DNA from: Chloroflexota bacterium
Lineage (GTDB): Bacteria > Chloroflexota > UBA11872 > VXNJ01
Assembly (NCBI GenBank): GCA_965203015.1
Contig: CBDBBM010000018.1
Location: 153,861-217,860 of the forward strand
Length of the DNA stretch: 64,000 nucleotides
Direction: 5' to 3'
In this document: positions 33,300-41,486 of the stretch, piece by piece
Numbering within the stretch: the stretch's first letter is position 1
Layout: the number at the start of each line of letters is the position of its first letter
Position numbers and translations under genes: made by a program
The notes under the pieces: generated by a model
The model's input: only the letters and a program-made list of their open reading frames with translations
Databases searched by the model: none
What the model was told of the DNA's origin: nothing

Positions 33300-33913
33300 G
33301 CGTCAATCGCACGCTCGACCCGCCGCTTCCGGCCGACCCCGCATTGTAGGATCAGCCGCCCGCCATGTTGGGCCATGCCTGCGGTTTTGCTCCCGCAACC
33401 CGGATAGCGTATAGCGATGCGCCTTTAACTGGTTGCAAGGCCCGCAGAGCAAATTGTCGATTGCTGATATGGTTCATCCCGCCATCGGCGCGAGGCGTAT
33501 TATGATCGAGCTGCAAATAGCGCGGATCATCAAACCGGCGGTCGCAGCCCGGACTAGCGCGCATCGCCACTTGCCAGCTCCGGCGGCGGTTTCATGGATT
33601 TGGCCTGAAGTTGATTAGCGCTATCGCTCGAAGCCATCCGGGGCAAGCAGGTCTGTAGCCGCTCGATTACCTGCCCATGCGCCCCGAGCCTACCCATTGC
33701 CGCCCTAGTGCAGCGGCTACCGTTGTAGCGCAGCCGCAGAACGGGATATCGCCCGCTGCTTGCCCTGATAATCGCGCGCAAGCGGTTTTTGGGTTGGGTC
33801 GGTGATCGTCTGCCCTCATCGTTGATGACCCTATCGCGGTAAGCGCGGCCATGCTCGTCGCGATTCTTGAAATGCATCGCCAAACTGGTATCGGGCAGGG
33901 CGTTGCTCTCCAC
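33300..33913 (-). pseudogene. HNH endonuclease remnant with frameshifts
   Basis: GCDRRFDDPRYLQLDHNTPRADGGMNHISNRQ is in one frame. The expected continuation LLCGPCNQLKAHRYTLSGLREQNRRHG is found by manual translation in the +1 frame. Confidence 0.6.
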
Positions 33914-34138
33914 GCTGACCCCATTTTGCTTGATTTCCCCGATAAATTGCCGCCGCCCGAAAATCGCATCTCAACACTTTTAGGTAACCCCCACCGTGTC
34001 GCCGCGCTCCAGGTCGGCGTACACCGCCGGGTCGGTGTGATCGATCCGGCCTGGCCCCCGGGCGGACCTGCCAGCGTGGCCCAGGTCCCTATTCGGTGGT
34101 GGATGTGACCGTAATCGACCGGTCCGAGCTGCAAGCTG

Positions 34139-34774
34139 CTAGGGATTGAACCTGAACGGCGGGTAGCGGTCGGTCGTGAGCAGGAACGCATAGGCGGTCA
34201 CGCGGGCTCCCCAGCGCAGCAGTCCCTCGATAAAAGTAAAGGCCAGGCGCGGGTAATTGCCGGTGATGATGATCGCGAACCAAACGACAATCACCACCAG
34301 GAACGCCAACGAAGACAGCACCGCCAGGATGATGTAGTGGGGCAGCGCCAGGATCCACTTGACCAGCGGCAGGAACCGGTTCAGGTCGTTCTCGACGTCA
34401 GGGTACTGGATCTGGACGTGGACCGCCTGCTCCTCGTCGGTCGACGGGTATTCGTCGCGCATCAGGAGGAGGTAGGCGCTCACGCGGGTGCTGAACCGGA
34501 CCAACTCCAGGTTCCAGTCGAACCACCAGCGCGGATACTTTTGACGGAACAGGATCATCAGCAGCGGCCCCGCAATCAGCGCGCCGCCGGCCAGGGCCGG
34601 TCCCGCAAACTGGTCGATCTGCGGTTCCCCGGATGTCGTGTAACCGCCTACAACGGCCAGGACGACGATGATGGGAATCGCCAGGATGATTCGGAAGAGC
34701 GTTTTCAGGCGGTCGCTCGATTCCGGGTAATCGACCGAAACTTGAACCGGATATTCGTCGGGCACGCACATCAT
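34139..34774 (-). CDS. DUF4389 membrane protein
   Basis: Duplicated YP.....R...lfR.ilaiPh pattern: VDYPESSDRLKTLFRIILAIPIIVV...KYPRWWFDWNLELVRFSTRVSAYLLLMRDEYPS...IQYPDVENDLNRFLPLVKWILALPHYII...GNYPRLAFTFIEGLLRWGARVTAYAFLLTTDRYPPF. Confidence 0.8.
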   Translation of the reverse strand: MMCVPDEYPVQVSVDYPESSDRLKTLFRIILAIPIIVVLAVVGGYTTSGEPQIDQFAGPALAGGALIAGPLLMILFRQKYPRWWFDWNLELVRFSTRVSAYLLLMRDEYPSTDEEQAVHVQIQYPDVENDLNRFLPLVKWILALPHYIILAVLSSLAFLVVIVVWFAIIITGNYPRLAFTFIEGLLRWGARVTAYAFLLTTDRYPPFRFNP

Positions 34775-35045
34775 CCTCCCGCTGCGTGGCCACGTTGCCA
34801 CAGTTACCGAAACCGCGGCCGAGCGAGCCGCATTCCGTCCCCGTTGGGTATCACCTTAGCAAGCCCCGGAATCCGAAGCCTGCGAATTCGTCGAATCCGC
34901 GGAACCGGTCCGGACCCGCGTTCTGCCGGAATGGGACCTGCCACGCCGGACTCAATGGGCGGTGGGGCTGCGCCCGAGGAGGCGATTGCCGCCTGCCCGT
35001 CGCATATGTCCTGCTCAAAAACCCCTAATATCTAGGGCAGCATGC

Positions 35046-35117
35046 GGCGGGGTAGCTCAGAGGTAGAGCAGGAGACTCATAAGCTCTTGGCCGTCGGTTC
35101 GATTCCGACCCCCGCTA
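35046..35117 (+). tRNA. tRNA-Met (CAT), elongator type; CCA not fully encoded
   Basis: Hand fold: acceptor ggcgggg/ccccgct (G1-U72), D arm gctc-agaggta-gagc, anticodon loop ctcataa, T arm gtcgg-ttcgatt-ccgac. There is an A31-G39 mismatch in the anticodon stem. Confidence 0.8.
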
Positions 35118-35171
35118 CCGGTTGGGCGGACTGCGGTGCGCAGTCTTCCGCGAAAGCCGGAAAACATATTT

Positions 35172-35258
35172 GCCGAAGTGGCGGAACTGGCAGACGCGCG
35201 GCGTTCAGGGCGCCGTGCTCGTACGAGCGTGTGGGTTCGAATCCCACCTTCGGCACCA
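35172..35258 (+). tRNA. tRNA-Leu (CAG), class II with long variable arm, CCA encoded
   Basis: gccgaag...cttcggc acceptor, anticodon arm cggcg-ttcaggg-cgccg, variable arm tgctcgtacgagcgt, T arm gtggg-ttcgaat-cccac. Confidence 0.9.
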
Positions 35259-35292
35259 ATTCGGGTAGCAATTCTCCAAGGGCAGGAAGCGG

Positions 35293-35613
35293 ATGCGGAT
35301 CCAGTTTCTGTGGTATCCCGACTGTCCGTCGCACCCACAGGCGCGCGAGATGCTGGCACGGACGCTCAAAGAGCTGGGCGTGGAAGCGAGCGTGGAGGAG
35401 ATCTGCGTCCGGGACTGGGACCAGGCCCGCGAGCACCGGTTCCCGGGTTCGCCGACATTTCGCATAAACGGCGTCGACATAGACCAGGACGGCGCGGCGG
35501 CGATGGGCGTGGCCTTAACCTGCCGGACCTACGATCGGCCGGACTCGGGCTTCGGGCCGCTGCCCGGACAGCGGCAGCTGGCGGACGCCATCCGGCGAGC
35601 GGCTAGCCTTTAA
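35293..35613 (+). CDS. Small thioredoxin-fold protein (single CP.H-type site)
   Basis: MRIQFLWYPDCPSHPQAREML...FPGSPTFRINGVDID has a glutaredoxin/thioredoxin-like beta-alpha-beta start. Confidence 0.6.
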   Translation: MRIQFLWYPDCPSHPQAREMLARTLKELGVEASVEEICVRDWDQAREHRFPGSPTFRINGVDIDQDGAAAMGVALTCRTYDRPDSGFGPLPGQRQLADAIRRAASL

Positions 35614-35682
35614 TTGATTGGCAACCAGCGCGGCGCCACGAGTGTCGGCGCATCCTGAAGCAAATTCACGGAGAGGAAAAAG

Positions 35683-36207
35683 ATGCCCCTGGAACTTGGT
35701 TCTTCATCCCCCGATTTCTCCCTGCCCGCGACAACCGGCGAGACGGTGAGCCTGGCCGACCTGGGCGACGGGCCGCGCCTGATAGTTTTCACGTGCAACC
35801 ACTGTCCCTACGCCAAGGCCTGGGAAGGCCGTCTGATCGACATCGGCAACGAATACCGCGGTCGCATCGGAATGGTCGCGATCTGCTCGAACGACGTCGC
35901 CAACTATCCCGCCGACAGCTTCGAGAAGATGCGCGAACTGGCCGCCGCCCACTCCTATTCGTTCCCTTACCTGCACGACGAATCGCAGACGGTTGCCAAC
36001 GCCTATCAGGCCCAGCACACGCCCGAGGTATTTCTGTTCGACGCGGGCGGCTCGCTGGTTTACACCGGCGCGGTCGATGACAGCGTCGAAGCCGCCGACG
36101 CCAGCGCCAGCTACCTGCGCGATGCGATCGACGCGGTGCTGGGTGGCGGTGCGCCCCAGGTAGCCTCCACCAAGGCGGTGGGCTGCACGATCAAGTGGGC
36201 GGCCTGA
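35683..36207 (+). CDS. Thioredoxin-fold redoxin (AhpC/TSA-like)
   Basis: FSLPATTGETVSLADLGDGPRLIVFTCNHCPYAKAWEGRL with a CxxC-type site. Confidence 0.8.
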   Translation: MPLELGSSSPDFSLPATTGETVSLADLGDGPRLIVFTCNHCPYAKAWEGRLIDIGNEYRGRIGMVAICSNDVANYPADSFEKMRELAAAHSYSFPYLHDESQTVANAYQAQHTPEVFLFDAGGSLVYTGAVDDSVEAADASASYLRDAIDAVLGGGAPQVASTKAVGCTIKWAA

Positions 36208-36249
36208 CCGCCTGAAGATCGCCGTCGACCGGTTGCCTGCGGCGGCTGG

Positions 36250-37350
36250 TCAGGTCGGCAGGCGCGCCTTGGAAATCTCCAGGCGGTCACGGCTGCCCAG
36301 TTCGGGGAACCGCGCACCCGGCAGGGTCTGGTACCAGTAGGCCACTGACGCCAGGTCGTCCTGCAGGGGCAGGTAGCGCCGCTCGGGCCGATTTCGCCAG
36401 CCCAGGGCCTGGATGGTCACCCGCAGGCGCTGGCGGAACCGCACCGGGTCCATGACGTGGAAGCGGTACATCGCAAACCGCCGGTTCTGGTTGTAGGTTG
36501 CGGTCGAGTCCTCCACTACCCGCATGCCCAGGAAAGGGGTCGAGTAGTCAACGTAGCGTCCGCCGACGTCCCAGTTGTAGGCCCCGCCGAAGTAATCCTC
36601 CGTGCCGGTCCCGCAGATGGTGGGAAAGTCCCCGTCATCGTCGATGAAGAACTTGATCTCGCCTTCGCCCCACCAGCCGTCGTCGTTGGGCTGCCAGCCT
36701 AGCGAACAGCCGACGAAGTGGCCCCTTCCGCCGACCCCGTCCAAGATCGTGTGGTCGGACTTGTACGGGAGCGGGTTGGAGCGGCGGAACTGGGCGTGGA
36801 AGTAGGCCGCGTCCTCGTCGACCTGGGTAAGGGCGTAATTGATCTGGTAGTAGCACGGAACCTGCTCGGAGGCGCGGTTCTCGATGGTGATCCGGGCGCG
36901 CCGGCGGAAGGGCATCTCCCAGAAGCAATTGACCCCGTTGTTGGGATTGACCGAAACCGGCAGAGCGTTCACGTGCGAGTACTTTTCCCACGGTTGGGCG
37001 AAGAAATCACACACCGGCACCTCGACCGAAGGGTGTTCCTGATCGTCCCAGTAAAAGCGCAGGACGCACTCGCGGCGCACGATTCGGCCGGCGAACCAGA
37101 TGCTCTGGATCGCGCCCGGGCCGGTGATGTCGGCCAGTTCGAACACCTCGCCGGACTGGATCCAGACCGCCGGAGCGACCTTCCAGCCGCGTCCCAGGTC
37201 GGTCGCCGCCGCGGCCCCGAATCCCTCCGTGGCCATGCCCCCGCGACCGGGCGCGCCGTCGGGGTTTTCGGCGCTGATCGACCGCGTCTGCGCGTCGGAG
37301 AGCCGCGCGAGGTTGCCCAGGTGCAAACCCAGTCCGTTGAAACCGCCCAT
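36250..37350 (-). CDS. DUF2961 / glycoside hydrolase family 172 protein
   Basis: LARLSDAQTRSISAENPDGAPG...ITGPGAIQSIWF...GTGTEDYFGGAYNW are characteristic blocks. Confidence 0.8.
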   Translation of the reverse strand: MGGFNGLGLHLGNLARLSDAQTRSISAENPDGAPGRGGMATEGFGAAAATDLGRGWKVAPAVWIQSGEVFELADITGPGAIQSIWFAGRIVRRECVLRFYWDDQEHPSVEVPVCDFFAQPWEKYSHVNALPVSVNPNNGVNCFWEMPFRRRARITIENRASEQVPCYYQINYALTQVDEDAAYFHAQFRRSNPLPYKSDHTILDGVGGRGHFVGCSLGWQPNDDGWWGEGEIKFFIDDDGDFPTICGTGTEDYFGGAYNWDVGGRYVDYSTPFLGMRVVEDSTATYNQNRRFAMYRFHVMDPVRFRQRLRVTIQALGWRNRPERRYLPLQDDLASVAYWYQTLPGARFPELGSRDRLEISKARLPT

Positions 37351-37395
37351 GGCAGATTCCTTTGCTGTATGTAGTTTTATTGGCCGCGCCGGGTC

Positions 37396-37416
37396 CCGCC
37401 CGCCGGGGTCGGGCGG
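37396..37416 (-). terminator. GC-rich hairpin downstream of ybjQ (possible terminator, no U-tract)
   Basis: ccgcccg (37396-37402) pairs with cgggcgg (37410-37416) around a 7-nt loop. It lies between the ybjQ stop (37422) and the next gene's start (37350). Confidence 0.25.
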
Positions 37417-37421
37417 TCGGC

Positions 37422-37739
37422 TTACCGGGACAGCCTCACAGCCGTCCCGTAGGCGACGATTTCGGCCGCGCCCTGGGCCAGGGTGGAGGTGATAAACCGG
37501 GTCGCCAGGATTGCGTCGGCGTCCAGTGCGACGGCCTGTTCGACCATGCGGTCAATCGCCTGCTCGCGGGAATCGGCCAGCAGCTTGGTGTATTCGTCGA
37601 CTTCGCCGCCGACGATATTGCGCAAACCGGCCACGATGTCGCGTCCGATGTGCCGGGCCCGGACCGTGTTGCCGCGCACCAGCCCCAGCGATTCGCTGAC
37701 CTCGCGCCCGGGCAGGGTCTCGGTCGTAACTACTATCAA
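37422..37739 (-). CDS. ybjQ: YbjQ/UPF0145 family protein
   Basis: MIVVTTETLPGREVSESLGLVRGNTVRARHIGRDIVAGLRNIVGGEVDEYTKLLADSREQAIDRMVEQA is near-consensus for the family. Confidence 0.9.
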   Translation of the reverse strand: MIVVTTETLPGREVSESLGLVRGNTVRARHIGRDIVAGLRNIVGGEVDEYTKLLADSREQAIDRMVEQAVALDADAILATRFITSTLAQGAAEIVAYGTAVRLSR

Positions 37740-38017
37740 TGCTTGACCTCCCTGAAGTCTTCACGCCGGTTGCGCCGTACCTGCTCTATCAGCACCGCCG
37801 CCAGCAACAGCAATCCGCCCGCGCCCAGCGCCGGCAATCCAATTCGCACCGCCAGCGGGATGTCGGGGTCGCCGACCACTTCCGAAATCAGCAAAAACGC
37901 CCAGTAGCCGCCGAGCAGCGCCGCGCCGGCGACCAGCAGTACCAATCCGGCGTGCAACAGGATTTTTGCGGCTTGGTCGACTGCTGCCCGCCTTGCATTT
38001 GGCGACGTTGGAAACAT
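37736..38017 (-). CDS. Small two-TM membrane protein (hypothetical), stop overlapping the ybjQ start
   Basis: 93 aa with LLHAGLVLLVAGAALLGGYWAFLLI and GLPALGAGGLLLLAAVLI helices. Its stop overlaps the ybjQ TTG start (TTGA). Confidence 0.55.
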   Translation of the reverse strand: MFPTSPNARRAAVDQAAKILLHAGLVLLVAGAALLGGYWAFLLISEVVGDPDIPLAVRIGLPALGAGGLLLLAAVLIEQVRRNRREDFREVKH

Positions 38018-38086
38018 GCCCGCGAGGGCAAGGCAATTCTCCCACCGCCGGCCTTCTGCAGGCTCGTGAAACTTTTAAAATGCCCC

Positions 38087-38162
38087 GGGCCCATAGCTCA
38101 GCTGGAAGAGCGCCTCAATGGCATTGAGGAGGTCGTCGGTTCAAGTCCGATTGGGTCCACCA
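38087..38162 (+). tRNA. tRNA-Ala (GGC), CCA encoded
   Basis: Acceptor gggccca/tgggtcc with the G3:U70 alanine identity pair. Anticodon arm cctca-atggcat-tgagg; T arm gtcgg-ttcaagt-ccgat. Confidence 0.9.
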
Positions 38163-38304
38163 AATTCCGCTGATTCCTAACCTCGTTCACCGCCCTAACC
38201 AGCGACGCCTTCCCAAGGCAGACCGCGGCGCAATCCCGGCGCACCCTCGCCCCCGCACGGATCCGGAAATTGCACTTCTTTGACCGGTGGACAATGCTGT
38301 CAGT

Positions 38305-39294
38305 TCAAGCGCAGGCCGGATCGTCGGACGACCAGCGGTTGAACATTGGGTCAGGTTCGCCTGCCAAGCGTTTGCGCGCCCGGCGCCAGATGCTTGCCCA
38401 AACCTTCGGATCGTCCAATTCGGAGTCAGGATTCGCGCGGCTGCGGGCTACGAAGCCGGGAAATGCCTCGCGCCCGGAGTGCTGGCCGATCGGGTTGTAG
38501 CGCAGATCCATGCTCCAGCGGACGCGATCGCTGCGGTTGGGAAGGGATCCGTGGCAGGTCAGACGGTGCATGAAAAGCACGCTGCCGCGCCGCATCGGCA
38601 TAGGGATCGCGTCGCCGATTCGGAAGAGTTGTTCCGGAATGGTCAGCCCGGCAGCCCCAAACGGAGTCGCGCTGCCGGGACAGTGCACTTTCAATCCCTC
38701 GCGGTGGCTGCGCGGGACCAGGTGCAGGCAGCCGGCGGCCTCGTCGGCATCCCAGACCGGGATCCAGACGGTGAGGATTTCCGATTCGTCGGCCTCGGCG
38801 GTCACCACTCCGCTGTCCTGGTGCCAGGGGGTGGCGCCCATCTGCACGTGGCCGGTGGCGGGGTTATTGGGGGTAAGGCGTTCGGGTGGTTTGAGGCGTA
38901 CGTGCTGGACCGGGTTCGAATAGATCTCGGGACCGATGATCGATTCCACCGCATCCAGCAGCGGCGGCGCGGTAAGGACGTCGAAAACCGCCGGACCATG
39001 CCACATCGGCGTCTCCATCGTCACCCCCATTTGGGGTAGCGAGAAGTCAAAGTACTGGGCATTCACCTGCCCGCTGTCCTGGTAAATGCGGGTGAGCCGG
39101 TCACTAAATTCCAGGTCGGCGTAGGTCGACCCGACCAGTCCGGCGCGCTGCAGCTCACACGCCAGGTCCCCGAGTCGCCGTTCGTACTCGGCCACCAGTG
39201 GATCCAGGAAGCGTTCCGGATCGATTAGGTCCTCAACGACCAGATAGCCTTCTTGCCGGAAACGGGTCAGTTGGTGCTGATCTAGTTGCCCCAC
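38305..39294 (-). CDS. Phytanoyl-CoA dioxygenase (PhyH) family Fe(II)/2OG oxygenase, paralog A
   Basis: QLTRFRQEGYLVVEDLIDPE...WHQDSGV...H-x-D and distal His context. Confidence 0.85.
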   Translation of the reverse strand: MGQLDQHQLTRFRQEGYLVVEDLIDPERFLDPLVAEYERRLGDLACELQRAGLVGSTYADLEFSDRLTRIYQDSGQVNAQYFDFSLPQMGVTMETPMWHGPAVFDVLTAPPLLDAVESIIGPEIYSNPVQHVRLKPPERLTPNNPATGHVQMGATPWHQDSGVVTAEADESEILTVWIPVWDADEAAGCLHLVPRSHREGLKVHCPGSATPFGAAGLTIPEQLFRIGDAIPMPMRRGSVLFMHRLTCHGSLPNRSDRVRWSMDLRYNPIGQHSGREAFPGFVARSRANPDSELDDPKVWASIWRRARKRLAGEPDPMFNRWSSDDPACA

Positions 39295-39527
39295 GAATTC
39301 CCTTACTCCCGACGCACACTGCTTCCGGGTTCATTCTCGGCTTTCGGCGCCGACCGTACCCGCATACCCTGAACCTCTGATTTGAATCAATTCGCCAACC
39401 CGGCAGCCGGGTAGCTGATCAGTTCATTCGACCCGCCGGGCAGACGGCGATATCCGATAACCCGGCCAACTCCAGGATGCCGGCGCCGGCCGGCGCCTGG
39501 TGGATCCGTTCCTGCGAGTGGCCGGCT

Positions 39528-40514
39528 TCAGGCACAGGCCGGGTGATTGCCCGACCAGCGGTTGTAGGAGGGGTCGGCATCCCCTGCCAAGCGCGCCCGG
39601 GCCTGTCGCCAGAGGCCGGCCCAGACGGCCGGGTCGTCCAGTTCCGACTCAGGATTCCGGCGGCTGCGGGCCACGAATCCGGGGAAGACCGGCCGGCCGG
39701 TGTGCTGCCCGGTCGGGTTGTAGCGCAAATCCAGGCTCCAGCGTATGCGGTCGCTCCGGTTGGGCAGCGATCCGTGGCAGGTCAGGCGGTGCATGAAAAG
39801 CGCGCTGCCGCGCCTTATCGGTACCGGCAACGCATCGCCGATGCGGAACAGTTCGTCCGGAATTCCAAGCTGCGACGGAGACGTCGCGGTCCCGCCGGGG
39901 CAGTGAACTTTCAGCCCCTCGATGTGGCTGCGCGGGACCAGGTGCAGGCAGCCGGCGGCCTCGTCGGCATCCCAGACCGGGATCCAGACGGTGAGGATTT
40001 CCGATTCGTCGGCCTCGGCGGTCACCACTCCGCTGTCCTGGTGCCAGGGGGTGGCGCCCAGCTGCACGAGGCCGGTGTCGGGGTTTTTGGGGGTCAGGTG
40101 TTCGGGTGGCTTTATGCGCACGTGCTGGGTCGGGTTCGAATAGATCTCGGGTCCGATGATCGATTCCACCGCATCCAGCAGCGGCGGGGCGGTAAGAAGG
40201 CCAAACGCCGCCGGACCGTGCCACATCGGCGTCTCCATCGTCACCCCCTTCTGGGGCAGCGAGAAGTCGAAGTACTGGGAGTGGACCTGTCCGCTGTCCT
40301 GGTAAATGCGGGTGAGGCGGGCGCCGAACTCCATGCCCGCGTATGTGGACCGGACCCGTCCGTCGCCCAGCAGTTGCAGGGCCAGGTCATCCAGGCGCCG
40401 TTCGTATTCGGTCACCAGCGGGTCCAGGTACGTCTCCGGGTCGAGCAGGTCCTCGACGACCACGAAGCCCTCCTGCCGGAATTGAGCAAGTTGCCGTTCA
40501 TTGAGTCTTGCCAT
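39528..40514 (-). CDS. PhyH family Fe(II)/2OG oxygenase, paralog B
   Basis: Taking ATG 40514 (MARLNERQLAQFRQEGFVVVEDLLDPE...), it is collinear with paralog A. The longer track ORF start (40724) adds an unlikely 70-aa extension. Confidence 0.85.
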   Translation of the reverse strand: MARLNERQLAQFRQEGFVVVEDLLDPETYLDPLVTEYERRLDDLALQLLGDGRVRSTYAGMEFGARLTRIYQDSGQVHSQYFDFSLPQKGVTMETPMWHGPAAFGLLTAPPLLDAVESIIGPEIYSNPTQHVRIKPPEHLTPKNPDTGLVQLGATPWHQDSGVVTAEADESEILTVWIPVWDADEAAGCLHLVPRSHIEGLKVHCPGGTATSPSQLGIPDELFRIGDALPVPIRRGSALFMHRLTCHGSLPNRSDRIRWSLDLRYNPTGQHTGRPVFPGFVARSRRNPESELDDPAVWAGLWRQARARLAGDADPSYNRWSGNHPACA

Positions 40515-40766
40515 GGTTCCGATTTCTCTCTGCCTGGTCAGGCGCGCGCCCTTGCTGATTGTTTTTTCATTCTCGCCATCGTCCAGACGGCCAGCGGCCC
40601 CACCCTTCGGCAATGCCGCAAAAGGGTAATTTGGCCCGGATTGCGGGGCCGGGCGAGCTCTTTTGCAGCATTTGATAGCATCGCCTACCGAATCTGCGGA
40701 CCGACCCTTCCCCGCCGCCGCCAATCGGCTTTAACCCAATCTCCGGGCAAAACTGCTGGAGGCAGC

Positions 40767-41462
40767 ATGCGAACCAATCGCAAATTTCTGATCGTTTTGT
40801 CCGGCCTTGCGGCGGCGCTCCTGATCGCCTGCAATGGCGACGAGCCCGCACCGGCTGCCCCGGCCGCGCCGGCCGCCCCGCCAGCTGCGGCGGCAACCGC
40901 CGCTCCGGCCGCGCCGGCCGAAACTCCCCCCGCACCCACCGAACCCCAGGCGCCGGCTGCCGCCGAGCCGGATGTGAGCGCGCCCGAGCCCGCGGCGACG
41001 CCGGCCCCTCTGGAGCCCGCGCCCGAGCCGGAGCCGGTTGCGCCCGAGCCCGAACCCGCGCCCGTCGCAGCCGGGCCCCTGGACGGGATCGCCGTACCGG
41101 CTCCCTACGACCCGCAAAATCGTGATTCGATCCTGGCCCGGTACGCCGCGGACAAGGCCCGTTTCGAAGCGGTCCTGGCAACCGATTCGCCGGTGCTCTG
41201 GGTTACCGACGCCATCTGGTGCCCCAAGTGCGGCGCAATCCGCCCGCACGTGCGTGAACTAATGGACGAGTACGCCGGGCAGGTCCATTTCCTGGTCATG
41301 GATTACGACGATTCGGATCTTTCCTCCTACCGCCGCGATTTGAAGGCCAGTACCCACCCGTCACTGTCCGGGGTCCGGGCCGGAGTCTCGATCAAGTCGC
41401 ACCAGGGCGTGGCCAACAAGGAACAGATCGTCGCCCTGATCGAGGCGGCCATCGCCGCCTAG
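40767..41462 (+). CDS. Thioredoxin-like lipoprotein with long Pro/Ala linker
   Basis: MRTNRKFLIVLSGLAAALLIAC lipobox, about 90 aa of PA/PE-rich linker, then VLWVTDAIWCPKCGAIRPHV (CxxC). The track ORF 39477..41462 is an in-frame read-through of the PhyH antisense strand. Confidence 0.8.
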   Translation: MRTNRKFLIVLSGLAAALLIACNGDEPAPAAPAAPAAPPAAAATAAPAAPAETPPAPTEPQAPAAAEPDVSAPEPAATPAPLEPAPEPEPVAPEPEPAPVAAGPLDGIAVPAPYDPQNRDSILARYAADKARFEAVLATDSPVLWVTDAIWCPKCGAIRPHVRELMDEYAGQVHFLVMDYDDSDLSSYRRDLKASTHPSLSGVRAGVSIKSHQGVANKEQIVALIEAAIAA

Positions 41463-41463
41463 C

Positions 41464-41486
41464 CTGACCCGCCGCCGGGCGGTCAG
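41464..41486. terminator. GC hairpin between convergent genes (possible bidirectional terminator)
   Basis: ctgacc (41464-41469) pairs with ggtcag (41481-41486), plus an inner gcc/ggc stem and a 4-nt loop. It overlaps the pgk stop and has no U-tract. Confidence 0.2.

Noticed and set aside
33000-35000. attR-type direct repeat of the tRNA(CAT) 3' end that would delimit the island
   Set aside because: I found no copy of ggttcgaatccaactgggccca or a substantial part of it by eye. The right boundary of the island (about 34.1 kb) is therefore only inferred from gene content.
39477-40766. N-terminal 430 aa of the 661-aa plus-strand ORF 39477..41462
   Set aside because: This part is antisense to PhyH paralog B and is low-complexity. 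Only the segment from ATG 40767 (lipobox plus thioredoxin) looks real.
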